A stretch of 64,000 bases of DNA from a virus. Positions 61,378 to 64,000 of this stretch are shown in pieces. Numbering within the stretch: the stretch's first letter is position 1; each line of letters begins with the position of its first letter. A program made the position numbers and the translations under genes. The DNA lies in IMG/VR virus record IMGVR_UViG_3300036861_000610, positions 1-64,000 of that record; one strand, given 5' to 3'. Below the pieces are notes generated by a model. That model saw nothing but the letters and a program-made list of their open reading frames with translations. It was not told the DNA's origin and did not search any database.

Positions 61378-61607
61378 GGCATGGCACGGTGTGGCAGGTG
61401 AGGTCCGGAAGGTTCCGGCTAGGTGTGGCTTGGCGGGGCAGGCAGGGCAAGGCAACGCTGGGGTGTCGTGGAGCGGCTGGGAACGGCATGGCGTGGCAGG
61501 CGGGGTGACGCTGGTAAGGCATGGCAAGGTCCGGCAGGTGTGGCTCGGCTCGGTGGTGCATGATCTGGCCAGGCTCGGCAGGCTGGGTCCGGCATGGCGC
61601 GGTGCGT
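61378..61607 (+). repeat. Degenerate 5-bp periodic GG(C/T)NN repeat tract
   Basis: GG recurs about every 5 nt over ~230 bp, with occasional GGCA phase shifts. Confidence 0.7.
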
Positions 61608-61644
61608 CGTGACCTTGGAAGGTGCGGTACGGCAGGCGAACGAT

Positions 61645-61691
61645 AAAAAGCCCCTGGTTTCAGTGAAATTTGGCTGAATCCAGGGGCTTTT
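61645..61691. terminator. Bidirectional intrinsic terminator
   Basis: AAAAAGCCCCTGG...CCAGGGGCTTTTT. Confidence 0.8.
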
Positions 61692-61737
61692 TGTGTTCCC
61701 GGAACGCCACCCCCACATAGGGGTTCAAGAATGCGTA

Positions 61738-61767
61738 TTCACATCCCCACGTAGGGGCACGCATTTT
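61738..61767 (+). promoter_or_regulatory. Putative promoter/operator for the structural operon
   Basis: TTCACA-TCCCCACGTAGGGGCACG-CATTTT; a second copy of the element at 61709-61724. Confidence 0.5.
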
Positions 61768-61808
61768 CGCCGCGAGCAGTTCTATCCTTATTCCCACCCC
61801 TTGCCATT

Positions 61809-62120
61809 ATGATTCTGGGCATGATAGTGGGTACCTTTTTACTGGTAGCGCTCGCTGTAGCCCGCGCCACGCTGCTGGTGACAAGCGACCGAATCATGCT
61901 GTCTTTCCGCCGCTGGGTTGTCAACAAGTCCGGTGACGAGTCCATCTGGAGCTATCTCGTCCACTGCAAACGATGCGCTAGCTTTTGGCTTGCAGTGCCA
62001 GGGGCCATATTTTGGGTGGCTCTGACCCTTCCTCTGCACCTATGGTGGCTGGTTGCCCCTGGTGCCTTCGCGCTGTCGTATATTGCCATCCTCCTTGGAC
62101 GTCTTGAGGAGGATTCATGA
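61809..62120 (+). CDS. Membrane protein (DUF1360-like) preceding portal
   Basis: LAVAR.T.LVT.D.I...R; L..C..CASFW. Confidence 0.75.
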   Translation: MILGMIVGTFLLVALAVARATLLVTSDRIMLSFRRWVVNKSGDESIWSYLVHCKRCASFWLAVPGAIFWVALTLPLHLWWLVAPGAFALSYIAILLGRLEEDS

Positions 62121-62145
62121 CACGCAACGCGACTATGATCCAGTT

Positions 62146-62685
62146 ATGGTCTGTCGATCCTGTGAATCACCGACGGTTTATGCAACCAGCCTCTGCAAGT
62201 CTTGCTATCTCCGAAAGCTTGTTTACGGACGCCTTGAGCGCGAAACTGGAGGATCCCTCTGGGAGCGACTTTGGCGGCATGTGGAAGTTGAGCCATCTAC
62301 CGAGTGCTGGGTCTGGTATGGCTCTCGGACCGGCAGCGGTTATGCATCCACATATTTTGAGGGTAAGAATCAAAAAATTCATCGGCTCACCTTTGAACGC
62401 ATTGGTCAAAGGTTCCTGGCAGCTGATGACATCGTTGATCACCTGTGCAGAAACCGTGCATGCGTTAATCCACAACACCTTGAAGCCGTCACTGCTCTGG
62501 AAAATTTTCGCCGAGGAGTCGGTGCCGGCCTCAAGTGCGCCCACGACTCGGTCAATTTTTTCCAGCAGTCCATTAAGGGGACGTCGTACAAGCGCTGGGT
62601 TTGCCGGACGTGCTCTCGTGAGCGTTGCGCAAAGTCGAGAGCTAAGCGAAAGGCGCAATTAAGTGGCATTTCTGGGTCGCAGTAA
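62146..62685 (+). CDS. HNH homing endonuclease
   Basis: ECWVW.G....GY...HR...VDHLCRNRACVNP.HLEAVT..EN; lower GC than flanks. Confidence 0.88.
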   Translation: MVCRSCESPTVYATSLCKSCYLRKLVYGRLERETGGSLWERLWRHVEVEPSTECWVWYGSRTGSGYASTYFEGKNQKIHRLTFERIGQRFLAADDIVDHLCRNRACVNPQHLEAVTALENFRRGVGAGLKCAHDSVNFFQQSIKGTSYKRWVCRTCSRERCAKSRAKRKAQLSGISGSQ

Positions 62686-64000
62686 AAGTAGCGACGTAGC
62701 GGTTCCGGAACCGGAACCGCCACGCAAGACACTGCTTGCCTCCGCCCTGCGCTTCCGGTTCGACGACGCTAGTTACAACAGCTGGAGATTCCGCGACGAG
62801 GCATGGCAGCGTGAACTTTGGCGACTTTATCGAATCACTCCGGAGCTACGTGCCGCTGCCAGCTGGGTTGGACAATGCTGTTCGCGGGTGCGGATCTATG
62901 TAGCCAACGTCGATGAACTTGGCCGCGTGCAAGGCGAAACGAAAAACAAAAAGGTACAGGCGCTGTCCGACACGCTCCTTGGCGGCCCCACCCAAAAAGC
63001 CGAACACCTGCGGATGATCGGCATTGACCTCACCGTCTCCGGTGAGTGCTACATCATTGGCCGACCAGACGACATCAGCGGCCGGGACAAGTGGTACGTC
63101 GTCACGCCAACTGAGTTCAGGCGCGTCCGCGGGTCCAACGGTGAATGGGACTGGGCCTGGGGTATCAAAGGCGCCCCGATGAAACTTGACCTCGCGAACA
63201 ACGTCATCACCCGGGTCTGGACACCTGACCCGGAACGTGTCTGGTGTGCCGACTCACCAGCCAGGTCCTGTTCGCTGATCCTGCGAGAACTGGAACAACT
63301 CACCAAGCTCGTCGCCGCCGAAATCGACTCTCGTCTTGTCGGCAACGGTCTGCTCATCATCCCCAACGACCTCGACCTGCCGCAAGAAGAAGGCACCACC
63401 AACAACGCCGACTCCCTGATGATCCGTATGGCCACGGCCGGCGCCCAAGGACTCAAGGGCGAAGGGTCTGCCCTCGGCGTACTGCCACAGATCATTGAGG
63501 CACCCGACCCCGACCGGTTCCGGCACCTGACTCTGTCAACGGAGCTGTCGAAAAACGCTCACGAACTACGCGCCGAATGCATCGAGCGTCTTGGTGTTGG
63601 CATGGACATGCCGCCCGAGGTGCTGAGCGGAATGGGCGACACAAACCACTGGTCAGGGTTCCTCATCGACGGCTATGGCATCAAGGTTCACATCGAACCA
63701 CTGATGAACCGGATCTGTGCCGCCCTCACCGAGGCCTATCTTGACCCGGCTCTGCGGTTCATGGGCCTGGACCCACTGAGGTACACCTACGCCTTTGACG
63801 TGTCGCCGCTGGCGCTGCGGCCGCAGCGGCTGCAGGACGCGCTGAACTTGTACGAGAAGGGCATCATCAGCGCCCAGGCCGTGCGTGAGGCTGGGTTCTT
63901 CAAGGACTCTGATCGACCCGAAACCGAAGAGTCGGCGGCCCGGCTCGTCACCGAAGTGTTGTTGCGCGACCCGCAACTGTTCCAAAACCAGGCCGTGCGT
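62663..64000 (+). CDS. Portal protein (truncated at window end)
   Basis: Open frame from GTG 62663; WQRELW..Y...PELR....W.....SRVR.Y; LTVSGECY; SRLVGNGLL; DMPPEVL.G....NHW, typical of actinophage portals. Confidence 0.8.
   Translation, partial: MAFLGRSKSSDVAVPEPEPPRKTLLASALRFRFDDASYNSWRFRDEAWQRELWRLYRITPELRAAASWVGQCCSRVRIYVANVDELGRVQGETKNKKVQALSDTLLGGPTQKAEHLRMIGIDLTVSGECYIIGRPDDISGRDKWYVVTPTEFRRVRGSNGEWDWAWGIKGAPMKLDLANNVITRVWTPDPERVWCADSPARSCSLILRELEQLTKLVAAEIDSRLVGNGLLIIPNDLDLPQEEGTTNNADSLMIRMATAGAQGLKGEGSALGVLPQIIEAPDPDRFRHLTLSTELSKNAHELRAECIERLGVGMDMPPEVLSGMGDTNHWSGFLIDGYGIKVHIEPLMNRICAALTEAYLDPALRFMGLDPLRYTYAFDVSPLALRPQRLQDALNLYEKGIISAQAVREAGFFKDSDRPETEESAARLVTEVLLRDPQLFQNQAVR

Noticed and set aside
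61396-61420. SRP RNA (AGGTCCGGAAGG)
   Set aside because: The following AGCAG and the long helix are absent; the match is part of the 5-bp repeat tract.
60956-61718. ORFs across the Y RNA leader and 5-bp repeat (e.g. 60956-61561)
   Set aside because: Their periodic Pro/Cys/His or Gly/Trp/Arg content is a translation artefact of the DNA repeat.

Overview
This window is a 64-kb segment of a large, high-GC tailed phage with an actinobacterial host (inferred from an FxSxx-COOH peptide, an LPXTG protein, a bldA-type tRNA-Leu(UAA) and an actinophage-type portal). Layout: (i) 0.4-21 kb, a plus-strand arm of small accessory genes (ThyX, two metallophosphoesterases, LysM/M23 peptidase, LPXTG surface protein, GGQ release-factor-like protein). 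(ii) 21-33 kb, a minus-strand replication block (primase-helicase, SSB-like, MazG-like, HNH, Cas4/RecB-like exonuclease, two ParB-like proteins). (iii) An isolated terminase large subunit at 34-35.5 kb. (iv) 36-61 kb, a minus-strand translation/RNA island with about 51 tRNA genes, about 7 aberrant tRNA-like RNAs, homing endonucleases, Nudix, DUF932, nucleotidyltransferase and vWA genes, and a Ro60/TROVE gene preceded by five Y-RNA-like units. (v) The start of the structural operon (portal, truncated by the window end). Most unusual signals: the five-unit Y RNA array, whose tRNA-mimic domains keep different anticodon stem-loops; 15 dispersed stand-alone DnaJ-type CxxCxGxG zinc-ribbon microproteins; an orphan FxSxx-COOH RiPP precursor; a minimal tmRNA-like TLD with no mRNA domain; compact non-canonical tRNAs; and ORFs starting exactly 2 nt after tRNA discriminator bases. 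All calls come from manual reading. No searches were run, and ends may be off by a few nt.
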